Shown here: positions 39,242 through 49,342 of the stretch, in pieces
Numbering within the stretch: the first letter of the stretch is position 1
Layout of the letters: each line of letters begins with the position of its first letter
NCBI GenBank assembly: GCA_023137195.1
Contig: JAGLPV010000001.1
Location: 32,001-96,000, forward strand
Length of the DNA: 64,000 bases
Source: Candidatus Aenigmatarchaeota archaeon
GTDB lineage: Archaea; EX4484-52
Reading direction: 5' to 3'
Program-made: the position numbers and the translations under genes
The notes under the pieces: model-generated
Told to the model about the DNA's origin: nothing
What the model saw: the letters and a program-made list of their open reading frames with translations, nothing else
Databases searched by the model: none

Positions 39242-41632
39242 TTATTTTAGACCTCCAAGCCAGCTTTGCTTTAATGTACCAATATCTTCATCTATTATGG
39301 TTTTTTCTTTTTCGCCTGTTTTAATTATCACTTTTTCTTCTTCAATTGTTTTTCCGACTAGAGATGCAAAGTCTCCCAGTTCCTGCTCAAACTTTTTTGC
39401 ATTTCCTTTTTCAACTTCAACCAAAAACCTGCTGTTTGATTCTGAAAAGAGAATCTGGTAATCTTTGAGCGGTCTGTTGCATATTGCTTTTGACAAATCA
39501 ATTTCTGCTCCGATGCCGTCAAAGCACATTTCCGAAAGGGCAACTGCAAGACCCCCTTCAGACAGGTCATGGCAGGTCAAGACAAGATTGCCATCCATTG
39601 CATTAATGAGCAGGTCGTATATTTTTTTTGCATGTTTTGTCCTGACTTTCGGGACATTTGCACCCAAAAATCCTTTAATTTTGTAAAAATGAGAACCGCC
39701 AAGTTCATTGCATGTTGTTCCAATTAGGTAAATATTGTTGCCGGGTTTTTTGAAATTCATAGATACTTTATTTTGAGCATCAGGGATTAACCCTATTGCA
39801 GTAATCACAAGTGTCGGAGTAACGGGACCTTCTTCAGACTGGTTGTACAGGCTGTCCTTTCCGCTGATGAAAGGAGTCTTGTATTCCATTGCTGTGTCGT
39901 AGCATGCCTGCGAGGCACGGACAAGACCGCCAAGATTTTGCGGTATCTGGGGATTGCCCCAAGAGTAATTATCCAATAGTGCAATTCTTCTTCCGCCGAC
40001 AGCAGTGTTGTTCCTTACAGCTTCATCTATTGCTGAAGTTGCCATGTGATAAGGGTCGATTTTTCCGTATTCCGGGTTAAATCCGCATGATATTACAACG
40101 CCTTTTTTGCTCTTCAATAATGGTTTTACAACGCTTGCGTCTCCCGGGGAGTCTTCTTTTTTCCCGTGCAGAGGACCGAGGGCTGTTCCTGCCCTCACGG
40201 TTGAATCATAACTGTGGATTACTTTTTCCTTGCTTGCAACATTCGGGGAAGACAATATTTTAGCTAACTCCTTATTGTAATTGTCGGATTCAACAATTTT
40301 TGGTTCTGATAAATCAGGTTTTTTCCATTCTGCTTTTTTGTAAGTATTTGGAACGGCGTTAAATAAAAAGTCAATATCTATGCTTGCGACTTCATCCCCC
40401 GCGTATTTCAGGACAAGATTTTTTTCTTCTGTGAATTCGCCTATTTTGACGACTTCAACATCTTCTGCTTCAAATATTTTGGCTACTTTTTCGTAATTTT
40501 CTTTTGGAACTAAAATAAGCATCCTTTCCTGTGATTCGCTTATCCATATTTCCCATGGCTTTAATCCCTTGTATTTTAGAGGGACTTTGTCTAAATCCAC
40601 AATTGTTCCCAGATCATAAGTATGGCACATTTCACCTACTGCTGAAGAAAGTCCGCCTCCGCCGAGGTCTGTTATGCCGGAGCCAAGGTTTTTTGCGCTA
40701 ACTTCCATTATTCCTCTCATCACTTTTTCCTCTTCTATGGGGTCGCCTATCTGGACAGCAGAGCCGTTTATCTCTTCTGATTCTGTGCTTAAATTAGCAG
40801 ATGCAAAAGATACGCCGTGTATGCCGTCTTTTCCGGTTCTTCCACCGACAAGAACCAGATAATCTCCGTTTTTTGCTTCTCTTACATATTTGCTTTTTTC
40901 CAACAGTCCGAAGCATCCGCAGAAGACAAGAGGGTTAGTAGTATAAGATTTGTCAAAATAAATTGCGCCGTTTACTGTGGGGATTCCCATCTTGTTGCCG
41001 TAATCTCCGATTCCCCGGACAACGCCTTTGAATAAATATTTTGGGTGTTTTGTGCCTTTTGGCAGGTTCTCATAACTCATGTCAGTATCTCCGAAGCAAA
41101 GTACATTTGTATTTGCAAATGGCTCTGCCCATACTCCTAAGACATCACGGATGCATCCGCCAACGCCTGTTGCCGCTCCGCCAAATGGTTCTAAGGCAGA
41201 AGGATGGTTGTGCGTTTCAACTTTTACTGCAATGACATAATCATCAACAAAATCCACCATGCCTGCATTGTCGTCAAACACGCTGAAGCACCAGGATCTG
41301 TCTAATTCTTTTGTTGCGCGCATGATTGTCTGCTTTAGCATATTTTTTAGTTTGCCTTCTTTGTCTAAAGTAATACTGTCTGTTTCCAAAACGTTTTTAT
41401 CCATGTAAATGTCATGTCGGAATGTTTTGTGTATGCAGTGTTCTGACCAGGACTGGTTGAAAATTTCTATCTCAACATCTGTCGGGTTTCTCTGCTCTTT
41501 TGAAAAGTATTTCTGTATTTCAAGGAGTTCATCCTTGTTTAATGCAAGGTTTCTTTGGGTGTTTATTTTGTTGAGTTCTTCTTCTGTCTTGCCTTGCATT
41601 TCTATTTCTCTGATGTCTTTGTTGTATTTCAT
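39242..41632 (-). CDS. purL: FGAM synthase large subunit
   Basis: WSEHC.HK, ETHNHPS, DLGGGGLSS, SESQERM, ISGKDSL. Confidence 0.96.
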   Translation of the reverse strand: MKYNKDIREIEMQGKTEEELNKINTQRNLALNKDELLEIQKYFSKEQRNPTDVEIEIFNQSWSEHCIHKTFRHDIYMDKNVLETDSITLDKEGKLKNMLKQTIMRATKELDRSWCFSVFDDNAGMVDFVDDYVIAVKVETHNHPSALEPFGGAATGVGGCIRDVLGVWAEPFANTNVLCFGDTDMSYENLPKGTKHPKYLFKGVVRGIGDYGNKMGIPTVNGAIYFDKSYTTNPLVFCGCFGLLEKSKYVREAKNGDYLVLVGGRTGKDGIHGVSFASANLSTESEEINGSAVQIGDPIEEEKVMRGIMEVSAKNLGSGITDLGGGGLSSAVGEMCHTYDLGTIVDLDKVPLKYKGLKPWEIWISESQERMLILVPKENYEKVAKIFEAEDVEVVKIGEFTEEKNLVLKYAGDEVASIDIDFLFNAVPNTYKKAEWKKPDLSEPKIVESDNYNKELAKILSSPNVASKEKVIHSYDSTVRAGTALGPLHGKKEDSPGDASVVKPLLKSKKGVVISCGFNPEYGKIDPYHMATSAIDEAVRNNTAVGGRRIALLDNYSWGNPQIPQNLGGLVRASQACYDTAMEYKTPFISGKDSLYNQSEEGPVTPTLVITAIGLIPDAQNKVSMNFKKPGNNIYLIGTTCNELGGSHFYKIKGFLGANVPKVRTKHAKKIYDLLINAMDGNLVLTCHDLSEGGLAVALSEMCFDGIGAEIDLSKAICNRPLKDYQILFSESNSRFLVEVEKGNAKKFEQELGDFASLVGKTIEEEKVIIKTGEKEKTIIDEDIGTLKQSWLGGLK

Positions 41633-42087
41633 AGTATGGAGTATTCTTCTGTAATTGGATTGGAGAGCAATTCTTTTGCTATTTTTTCAAGCAATTCTTT
41701 ATCCAGAGACTCTCCTTTCAATAAATATATTTTTGATGTTTTGATGCTCTTTGTTTTATATCCTAAATCAGCGAAAGTGGAGGATGTTGAATTTCCCAAC
41801 GGGTCGCTTAGCTTTCCTTTTATTTCAATTGTGCTGTAATCTCCAAAGTCCTGTTTTTCCCCGGTTTTCTGGATTTGGTATTCATTTATTACTGGGTTTA
41901 CTATTGTTTTTTTTGCGATAGTTTCTATCTGGTTTTTGTCGGATATGTCGATGTCAATAATATAAGAAGTTGCTGTTTTTACAGTGGTTATTTGAGTATA
42001 GCCTAGTTTTTTTAGGGTTTTGAGAACCGTGTTTGCCTGGCTGTCAAGAACGCCCGGGAGAAAACCGACTGTTATTTTGTATTGCAT
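41629..42087 (-). CDS. purS: FGAM synthase PurS subunit, tandem-duplicated domain
   Basis: Two halves: VLDSQA...VNPVINEY and LSDPLG...SNPITEEY. Confidence 0.85.
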   Translation of the reverse strand: MQYKITVGFLPGVLDSQANTVLKTLKKLGYTQITTVKTATSYIIDIDISDKNQIETIAKKTIVNPVINEYQIQKTGEKQDFGDYSTIEIKGKLSDPLGNSTSSTFADLGYKTKSIKTSKIYLLKGESLDKELLEKIAKELLSNPITEEYSIL

Positions 42088-42137
42088 AAAAAAATATATG
42101 ACAGGAATTTTAAAAGTATATGGCTGGTGTCTTATTT

Positions 42138-43610
42138 TTAAATAAAGGAAAATGCTGTTAGCGGGATATAAATTATATTTTCATCCATTGTTATTTTTTG
42201 TGTGTCTGATATTACAATTCCGTATTCAGATTTGTATTTCATAATGGCTCTTTTTATTTGCCTTTTGTTCTTTTTCCCGATGCCTACTTCTATTGGAATT
42301 ATTTTTCCTTCTATGTCCTCGAGCAGAAAATCAACGCCTTCTTTATCTGCATCGTAAAATATCCCTATTGGAACTTTTAGCGTTTCTTTTATCCTGAAAA
42401 AATATGAAGCAACCAGAGTTTCTGCCAATATTCCGAGCATTTCTCTGTCTGTATTGTTGTATAAGCCAAGTTTGTATCTTAAGGATGCATTTATCGAGGG
42501 AGATAAAAAATAATATTTCCATGGCTTTCTTACAATTTTTCCTGCTCCACCGTATGGCTTTACACTGAAAATCAAGTGTGTTTTTTCAAGGACATCAAGT
42601 ATGCTCCTTACTAGGGTTGGAGACACAGAGAGTCTCTCTGAAAGTTTTGCATCAGAAGTGCCCCCTGGGTTTTGCATGGCAAGGAAATATATGATTCTTG
42701 TAATGTGATTTCTTGTGTCTGTGCTAAAGGACTGAAGAGAGAATACATCCATTTCTATTACTCGGTCAGTCATCTTGGCTAATTTCTCGTGCACCTCAAA
42801 CTCCTTTAATGAAAGACTAAACGGAAAACCACCGTAACACAAAAAATTCTCCAATTCTCTCTTCAAATCAACCCCTGCACCAATCGCCTTCATTATAATT
42901 TTATGCTCTATTTCAGCAGCATTTTCCACAGCTTTTTTATTCCCGGTGAAAATGATTTTTATTATCTCTGATGAAAAATTTTCTGAAAGGTCAATTCCGT
43001 ATTTTAAATGCAGATGCTCCTCAAAACTCAATGGAAAAATTCGTATTTCTGATGCCCTTCTGGCAGCATCGACATTTAATTCCAAATCCAATGCTGAGGA
43101 TCCGGTAAATACAATAAAGATTTTTCTGCTTTGGTCAAAGAAGATTTTTCCTGTCATAGACCAGTCCTTGTCGTAGTGTGCTTCATCAACAAAGATTATT
43201 AATGGCTCGTCAAGCTCTACTGCTGTAGTTCTGTGGACTTTCTGGATAAATGCATCAATTACATGCAATATATTTTCTCCAATATAACCCTTCATTTCGT
43301 CTGTAGAAAAATACAGCACGCGGTTTTTGTCTATTTTTTTTTTATCTATCAGGTAATCGTAAATTTGGAATAATATTGTTGTTTTTCCCATACTCCTTAA
43401 TCCGGGCATGATTATAAACCTGTTTTCTAAATTCTTTCCCGAGAGAAAGTCATCGATATATTTTTTTATTTCCCAATAAGCACGCCTGTATTTAAGTCGA
43501 ATGTGGTTTTTATGAGTATATTTTTGTGCCAGCAATGGCGTACTTGTTAATTTTGCAAATACATAGTTTGGTATTGTATCTTTGTCATCAATTGCTGTTT
43601 TTCCTGCCAT
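42138..43610 (-). CDS. AAA_14 ATPase with DUF4143 C-terminal nuclease-like domain
   Basis: GLRSMGKTT, FVDEAH, TGSS, YGGFP, VDF...IPIEV. Confidence 0.85.
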   Translation of the reverse strand: MAGKTAIDDKDTIPNYVFAKLTSTPLLAQKYTHKNHIRLKYRRAYWEIKKYIDDFLSGKNLENRFIIMPGLRSMGKTTILFQIYDYLIDKKKIDKNRVLYFSTDEMKGYIGENILHVIDAFIQKVHRTTAVELDEPLIIFVDEAHYDKDWSMTGKIFFDQSRKIFIVFTGSSALDLELNVDAARRASEIRIFPLSFEEHLHLKYGIDLSENFSSEIIKIIFTGNKKAVENAAEIEHKIIMKAIGAGVDLKRELENFLCYGGFPFSLSLKEFEVHEKLAKMTDRVIEMDVFSLQSFSTDTRNHITRIIYFLAMQNPGGTSDAKLSERLSVSPTLVRSILDVLEKTHLIFSVKPYGGAGKIVRKPWKYYFLSPSINASLRYKLGLYNNTDREMLGILAETLVASYFFRIKETLKVPIGIFYDADKEGVDFLLEDIEGKIIPIEVGIGKKNKRQIKRAIMKYKSEYGIVISDTQKITMDENIIYIPLTAFSFI

Positions 43611-43691
43611 ATTTCTTATACATATATATGTATAAAGCTTTATAAAGGCTTATACATTTGAGTGTATAAAGAGTTTAGAGAAACTATGTTT

Positions 43692-43790
43692 GAATATGCG
43701 AAGTTAAATCTTTGATTTAATTTGAGTGAAGCGTAGCGAAACCGTATATTCTGTGTTCCGGGAAGTTTTTTCTGAAAGAAAAAATTTGGG
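43692..43790. repeat. Nested multi-hairpin REP/MITE-like element
   Basis: GAATATGCG...CGTATATTC outer stem, TTAAATC-TTT-GATTTAA inner hairpin, GCGTAGCG motif, TTTTTTCT-GAA-AGAAAAAA second hairpin. Confidence 0.55.
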
Positions 43791-44078
43791 CGCAACCATA
43801 GGACTCGTTTTTATCGTCTAATTTCACAATCAAGTTATCTGATTTCCTAGATATTCTATCACATGCACAATACGCTATTTTCCTGTTGTGGTTGGTGCAT
43901 ATAGCAATAATATATTGGTTATAGAATTTATAAATACTTTGTTTTTAGAAAATAAACTATCTTGTTTTTATCGTAAAACGATTCAAATTTTTGTTGTTGT
44001 TTTTTATCGTCAAGCCCTTTATAATGCCATATTTCGGCATTTAAGGTATATAAAGATCCAATCGTACTAATAGATAAT

Positions 44079-44906
44079 ATGGAAATAAATTATTCGGAGC
44101 AGGTCTCCGGGACATTAAACCCAGGAATAAAAAAGACGCATGGAGTGATTAAAATGGTTGTAAAACAATTGTATAATGGCTTAGTTAAACAAAAAAGTAT
44201 TTTGGCTATGCTTGTTTTTGCAGGACTTTTTTTATTTTGCATTCAAGTTAATGTTGGCTATGCAGAAGAAGAACAATTTAGGATTTCTTTAGATTGTTAT
44301 AACTCTTGTGATGGCAAGGAGGATGTTAATTATTCTGAAGAGATTATGTTTGTGTTAACAATCCAGAATAAGTTAGAGTATTGGATTTCTGTTGGAGGAG
44401 AAACGGGCGTAGATTTGTATATAACTGTAGAAAACGCTAAGTTATATGATGGAAAAAACGAAGAGACGTACAAGAATGTTTTAGGAAAGAATTTTTTCTT
44501 AGAGCCCGATTCAATACGTAAAATATATATTCCTTTTAATATTTATAATCGCATTGAAGAAGAAAATAGTAGATTGGGTGACTGGAAAATAACTCCAGAA
44601 TTGAAAATCAAGGAAGTCTTATATTATAAAAATCCATTTGAAACAAAAAATATCCAAACATACAATAATAAGCAATTAGCAATTCCTCGTTTAGTTAAGG
44701 GTAATGTTTTGAAATTTGAGGTAATAAAACCTGGTATTGAGCGTTTAGAAGATAAAGTCAGACTTTCAGACAATTTTTTGGAAAAACCACTTAATAAAGA
44801 GTTTATTATTCCTGTTGGCGTAGAGGTTTTTGCAAAATTAATATGGGCATTACCACTATTAATATATGGAGTATATAGATATTTTAAAAAAAAGAAACGG
44901 AGATAA
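44079..44906 (+). CDS. Exported hypothetical protein with C-terminal TM anchor
   Basis: Signal-like helix (start probably near 44154), C-terminal TM plus KKKKRR. Confidence 0.6.
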   Translation: MEINYSEQVSGTLNPGIKKTHGVIKMVVKQLYNGLVKQKSILAMLVFAGLFLFCIQVNVGYAEEEQFRISLDCYNSCDGKEDVNYSEEIMFVLTIQNKLEYWISVGGETGVDLYITVENAKLYDGKNEETYKNVLGKNFFLEPDSIRKIYIPFNIYNRIEEENSRLGDWKITPELKIKEVLYYKNPFETKNIQTYNNKQLAIPRLVKGNVLKFEVIKPGIERLEDKVRLSDNFLEKPLNKEFIIPVGVEVFAKLIWALPLLIYGVYRYFKKKKRR

Positions 44907-45071
44907 ATTATTGAGTTAAAAATCATTAGGAAAAACAACAACTCAAAAAAAGTCATCTCAAAAAAATTAATTAAAAAGAGGCTTTTGCACTCCTCTACTC
45001 AAAAATAATAATTTATTGGTACGGGTTAAACTAAGACCACATTACCAAATAGTACTCTAAAAGAATCAAGA

Positions 45072-45374
45072 TTATTCTTTACTGTCTTTTTCTTCTTTGC
45101 TGACATCTTCTTCACTAGCTTCGTCTTTGCTGTCTTCTTCACTAGCTTCTTCCTCGTTAGCTTCTTCTTTGTTGTCTTCGTCTTTGCCGATACTAACATT
45201 AACTGCTTTTGGTCCTCTGTCTCCTTCTTCAACATCAAAAGCAACTGAATCTCCTTCTTTTATTGTTACATTTTCTTTTAATCCTGTTGAATGGACAAAA
45301 TATTCTTTTCCATCTTCACCAGCTATAAATCCAAAGTTTTTCATGTCGTTAAAAAATTTTACACTTCCTTTCAT
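45072..45374 (-). CDS. Cold-shock domain protein with acidic tail
   Basis: GSVKFFN..KNFGFI, EYFVHS, RGPKAVNV. Confidence 0.9.
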   Translation of the reverse strand: MKGSVKFFNDMKNFGFIAGEDGKEYFVHSTGLKENVTIKEGDSVAFDVEEGDRGPKAVNVSIGKDEDNKEEANEEEASEEDSKDEASEEDVSKEEKDSKE

Positions 45375-45555
45375 TTTATTCCCCTCCCAATTTTCATTGT
45401 ATTATATTACCTATTGCTTATTTACTTGTTTTTTGCAATAATACGCTAAAAACAACACATTCTTTTTAAATGTTCTTATTTTTCATTGCGAATTACCAGT
45501 TTTAAATCCTCAAAATAATAATAAATATAAAAAAATAACTTTCCTCTAAACAACT

Positions 45556-46866
45556 ATGTTAGACATAAACCTAATCCGGAACAACAAAGAAGTAATTCTT
45601 AATGACCTGAAAAAAAGAGGAGACAAAGATCTTGTAAAGACACTGGATGAAATCATAGAACTGGACAAACGCCACAATGCGTTAAAAAAGCAGTTAGATG
45701 GATTAAAACATAAAAGAAACACCTCCTCCAGGGAAATATCAGAATTAATAAAACAAAAAAAAACAGCAGAAGCCCAAAACCTGAAAAAAGAAGTCAAAAC
45801 ATTGAGCGAGGAAATTAAGGAGAAAGACAAAGAGGAGCTTGAGCAGAGCCAGGAATTAAGGCAGTTGATGCTTCTGCTTCCAAATGTTTTACATAAAAGT
45901 GTCCCGACAGGCAAAGACGACAGTGAGAACTTAGAGATAAGAAAATGGGGCAAAATCAAAAAATATGACTTTCCTCTTTTGAGCCATATTGAATTAGGAG
46001 AACATCTTGATTTATTCGACCTTGAACGTGCAGCAAAGGTTGCAGGCGCGAGGTTTTATTACCTCAAAAACGATGCAGTGAAACTTGAATTTGCGCTTAT
46101 TTCTTTTGCAATTGATTTTTTGAAAAAAAAAGGATTTACCCTGATGACGACTCCGATGCTTATCAAGAAAGAAGTGCTGGAAGGTGCAGGTTTTCTTCCT
46201 TCAGGGGCAGAAGAAGTATACAAAGTAGAAGGAGAAGACAAATACCTTGTGGGTACAAGTGAGCAGGCATTGTGCGGTTATTATTCAGATGAAACCCTGC
46301 TTGAAAAGGATTTGCCTGTTAAGATATGCGGGTATTCAAGTTGTTTCAGGACCGAGGCAGGAAGCCATGGTAAGGATACAAAAGGTATATTCCGGGTGCA
46401 CCAGTTTGAAAAGATAGAGATGTTTATATTCTGCCATCCGGACAAGTCATGGGAAGAGCATGAAAAGCTGATAAACACAGCAGAGGAAATTACACAGTTA
46501 CTGGAGATTCCATATCATGTAGTAAACATATGCACCGGAGATATCGGTGTGGTCGCCGCTAAAAAGTATGATATAGAAGCATGGTTTCCTTCACAGAATG
46601 CGTACAGGGAAATTGTCTCGTGTAGCAACTGTACAGATTACCAGGCGAGGAGGACGAACATAAAGTACAGGAAAGAAGAGGGAACTGCTCCTCTTGGGGT
46701 TGTGCATACATTGAATAGTACTTCTATTGCAGTTAGTAGGATAATCGTTGCAATATTGGAAAACTATCAGCAGAAAGACAAGTCAATCAAGATTCCAAAG
46801 GTTCTCCAGAAATATTTTGGAGCAGATAAAATTGAGAAAGAGACATATAAGAGAGTATGCCGATAA
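45556..46866 (+). CDS. serS: Seryl-tRNA synthetase
   Basis: GTSEQ, FRTEAG, RVHQFEK, EIVSCSNC.DYQARR, HTLNST. Confidence 0.97.
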   Translation: MLDINLIRNNKEVILNDLKKRGDKDLVKTLDEIIELDKRHNALKKQLDGLKHKRNTSSREISELIKQKKTAEAQNLKKEVKTLSEEIKEKDKEELEQSQELRQLMLLLPNVLHKSVPTGKDDSENLEIRKWGKIKKYDFPLLSHIELGEHLDLFDLERAAKVAGARFYYLKNDAVKLEFALISFAIDFLKKKGFTLMTTPMLIKKEVLEGAGFLPSGAEEVYKVEGEDKYLVGTSEQALCGYYSDETLLEKDLPVKICGYSSCFRTEAGSHGKDTKGIFRVHQFEKIEMFIFCHPDKSWEEHEKLINTAEEITQLLEIPYHVVNICTGDIGVVAAKKYDIEAWFPSQNAYREIVSCSNCTDYQARRTNIKYRKEEGTAPLGVVHTLNSTSIAVSRIIVAILENYQQKDKSIKIPKVLQKYFGADKIEKETYKRVCR

Positions 46867-48065
46867 TATTGCTTCTTGATATTCTTATTTGTTGTTTTTT
46901 GGGCATTGTTGGGGGTATTTTTACCGGGCTTTTGCCGGCTGTACATATTAATCTTGTTGCGATAATCATCTTGTCTGCTTTTAGTGCTTCAAATTTTAAC
47001 CCGGTTCTTTTGGCTGTTTTTATTTGTTCTATGGCGATTGCCCATTCTTTCCTGGATTTTATCCCGTCTCTTGTTTTCGGGATGCCGTCCGGCGATACTG
47101 CTCTTGCTATGCTTCCGGGGCATAGGCTGCTCAAAAAGGGAAGAGGGAAAGAAGCAATTTTTTTGAGCGCATGCGGCGGTCTGATTGCGTACATAATGTT
47201 TGTTTTGTTTTTTGTGTTTTCATTGTATAAACTCATTCCATTGGTTTATTCGGTTATTGCAGAGCATATTGCATGGATTCTTATTTTGTGCGTCGGGGCG
47301 ATTATTTTTTTGTCCAAAAACAGGGTTGCATCATCGTTTTGTTTTATTCTGGCCGGTATTTATGGGATTGCGTGTTTTGATTCTCCTGTAAGCAGCAGTC
47401 ACATAATGCTTCCAATGCTGTCGGGATTGTTTGGGTTCAGTAATCTTATACTAAGTATATCACAAAAAGCAAAGATTCCAAAGCAAAAGACAACCATTCC
47501 ATTGCTGGATAAAATGAAATTGATAAAATCAAGTTTTACCGGGCTGGTTGCGGGCATTGTTGCCGGATTTCTGCCGGGTTTCGGGAGCAGTCAGTCTGGG
47601 TTTCTTGTTGAAAAATTCGCTTCAAAAAATAACTCAAAATATTTTATCTCGACATTGGGGGCAATAAATACTATTGATTTGATTATGTCGATTATGTGTA
47701 TTTATCTGATTTCAAGGGCAAGGAGCGGCAGTGCTATTGCAATTGAAAAACTCGTCGGGATGATTGAATATAGCCACGTTGTTTTATTTATTGGAGTCGG
47801 TGCAATAAGTGCGACTGTTTCGTTTTTTCTTGTGATGAAGGCAGGCGATTTGGCATTGAAATATGTTAGTAGGATAAATTATACTTTGTTTAATGTATCA
47901 ATGCTTGTGTTTGCAGGTTCTGTGGTTTTGTATTTTACAGGGGGTTATGGATTGTTTATTTGTTTTACAGGTACTGCTCTTGGGATATACACGAGAATTT
48001 CTAATGTGAGATTGAGTATTTTGATGGGGTGTTTGATTATTCCTGTGATTTTGGCAGGGCTGTGA
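46857..48065 (+). CDS. TctA/DUF112 tripartite tricarboxylate transporter-type permease
   Basis: GLLPAVHIN, HSFLDFIPS..FG.P, LPGHR, ARSG. Confidence 0.85.
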   Translation: MPIILLLDILICCFLGIVGGIFTGLLPAVHINLVAIIILSAFSASNFNPVLLAVFICSMAIAHSFLDFIPSLVFGMPSGDTALAMLPGHRLLKKGRGKEAIFLSACGGLIAYIMFVLFFVFSLYKLIPLVYSVIAEHIAWILILCVGAIIFLSKNRVASSFCFILAGIYGIACFDSPVSSSHIMLPMLSGLFGFSNLILSISQKAKIPKQKTTIPLLDKMKLIKSSFTGLVAGIVAGFLPGFGSSQSGFLVEKFASKNNSKYFISTLGAINTIDLIMSIMCIYLISRARSGSAIAIEKLVGMIEYSHVVLFIGVGAISATVSFFLVMKAGDLALKYVSRINYTLFNVSMLVFAGSVVLYFTGGYGLFICFTGTALGIYTRISNVRLSILMGCLIIPVILAGL

Positions 48066-49244
48066 TTATTTTACTTTTATTAGCCATACGACATCGTAGT
48101 AGGGAGGTAATGATGAAGCACTACTAGTTCTCATATGAGGTCTGTTGGAATTACTACCCCAATTAAAGGCTATGGATCCTGCTGCGGATGAACCTCCACC
48201 ATACCCCCATGTGGCCTTTAAGTGATGACCATCACCACCAAATACTACAGGAGATAGATGACTATGTGATGCTGAACCACCCGTTCCACCAGAAGTATCT
48301 GCCCCTCGAAGGAACTGGTTCTGTCCATTTAAATTAGGCGTTGTTGTTATTACAGCGCCGATTAGTCCCTGTGCTGCCGGCGTTGTCCCGTCACAAAAAG
48401 CCCATCCGTCTGCCTGCAATTCTGCAAGTGCTGCTGCACCAGCATAATCTTTCAGGAAAGAGATAACAGTTCCTATGGGAACTCCACCCCCACTACCTAA
48501 AGAATCAACATAATTTTTTGTTACTGCATCTGAGTCAGCTGTTGGCGTTGCCAGGTTTTCTATCTTATTGTTGTTCATGTCTATATTTCCACTTATACTT
48601 GCACTATTCATTTCACAAACAGCATCTGCACTGCAGGATTCGGCATTGCTTGCAGAACCTCCTTCAGAAGACGAAACAGCCCAACTGAACTGGACTTTAG
48701 ATGCAGTTACTGCATCATCTCGTATATCTGTCGTATCAATGCATGTGGTGCAACTTAAATCATTTACTGAGTCAATATCTCTGCTACTCATATCTAAATT
48801 CCCGTTTTCTATTTTTACACCGAGATTTCCTATGGGACCAGAAAAATGACCAGAATATCCATTTTGTGCCCATCCTTTTACTCCGTAAGAATCTGCTCCT
48901 CCTGTAGCTCTTCCGCTTATGGCGGCAGAACCCACAGCAGCACTGGTTTCTCCATAAACACCTGAAGCAGAATCGCTTGTTGTGACACCCATCACTCCAT
49001 CTCCGGCAGAACTTGTTCCCTGTATGGCACTTCCTGAAGTTACAGTAGAATCAAAAGTTTTGAATGAATAAATCATGGTCTTTGTGACATTAAAGTAATC
49101 CCATGTGTCTTCCCATGCACCTGCTGTCAGGCTTATTTCATCCCATCCGAAGAATTGCAGGGGCGCAATCCTACCTGCATTAGCATTGAAAGAAAAAAGA
49201 ACAAGGCATATTAGAGATATCAAAATAATGTTTTTCGTTTTCAT
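48066..49244 (-). CDS. Secreted protein with tail-fibre-like and phage tail-collar-like modules
   Basis: Signal peptide; GV.G repeats; IDMNNNKIENLATPTADSDAVTKNYVD neck; VPIGTVISF..GWAFCDG..PNL..FLRG..LPPYY. Confidence 0.7.
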   Translation of the reverse strand: MKTKNIILISLICLVLFSFNANAGRIAPLQFFGWDEISLTAGAWEDTWDYFNVTKTMIYSFKTFDSTVTSGSAIQGTSSAGDGVMGVTTSDSASGVYGETSAAVGSAAISGRATGGADSYGVKGWAQNGYSGHFSGPIGNLGVKIENGNLDMSSRDIDSVNDLSCTTCIDTTDIRDDAVTASKVQFSWAVSSSEGGSASNAESCSADAVCEMNSASISGNIDMNNNKIENLATPTADSDAVTKNYVDSLGSGGGVPIGTVISFLKDYAGAAALAELQADGWAFCDGTTPAAQGLIGAVITTTPNLNGQNQFLRGADTSGGTGGSASHSHLSPVVFGGDGHHLKATWGYGGGSSAAGSIAFNWGSNSNRPHMRTSSASSLPPYYDVVWLIKVK

Positions 49245-49342
49245 ATCGTATTGTATACGCCATACATTTATATATATTTTATTTTAATCAATTAAAAGTA
49301 AAGAAATATAAGGTTTATGTATCCATTTTTGATAAGAGGATA

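Noticed and set aside
45072-45190. GAAGCTAGTGAAGAAGA-type repeats in the cold-shock gene tail
   Set aside because: Low-complexity coding repeats of an acidic tail, which is common.
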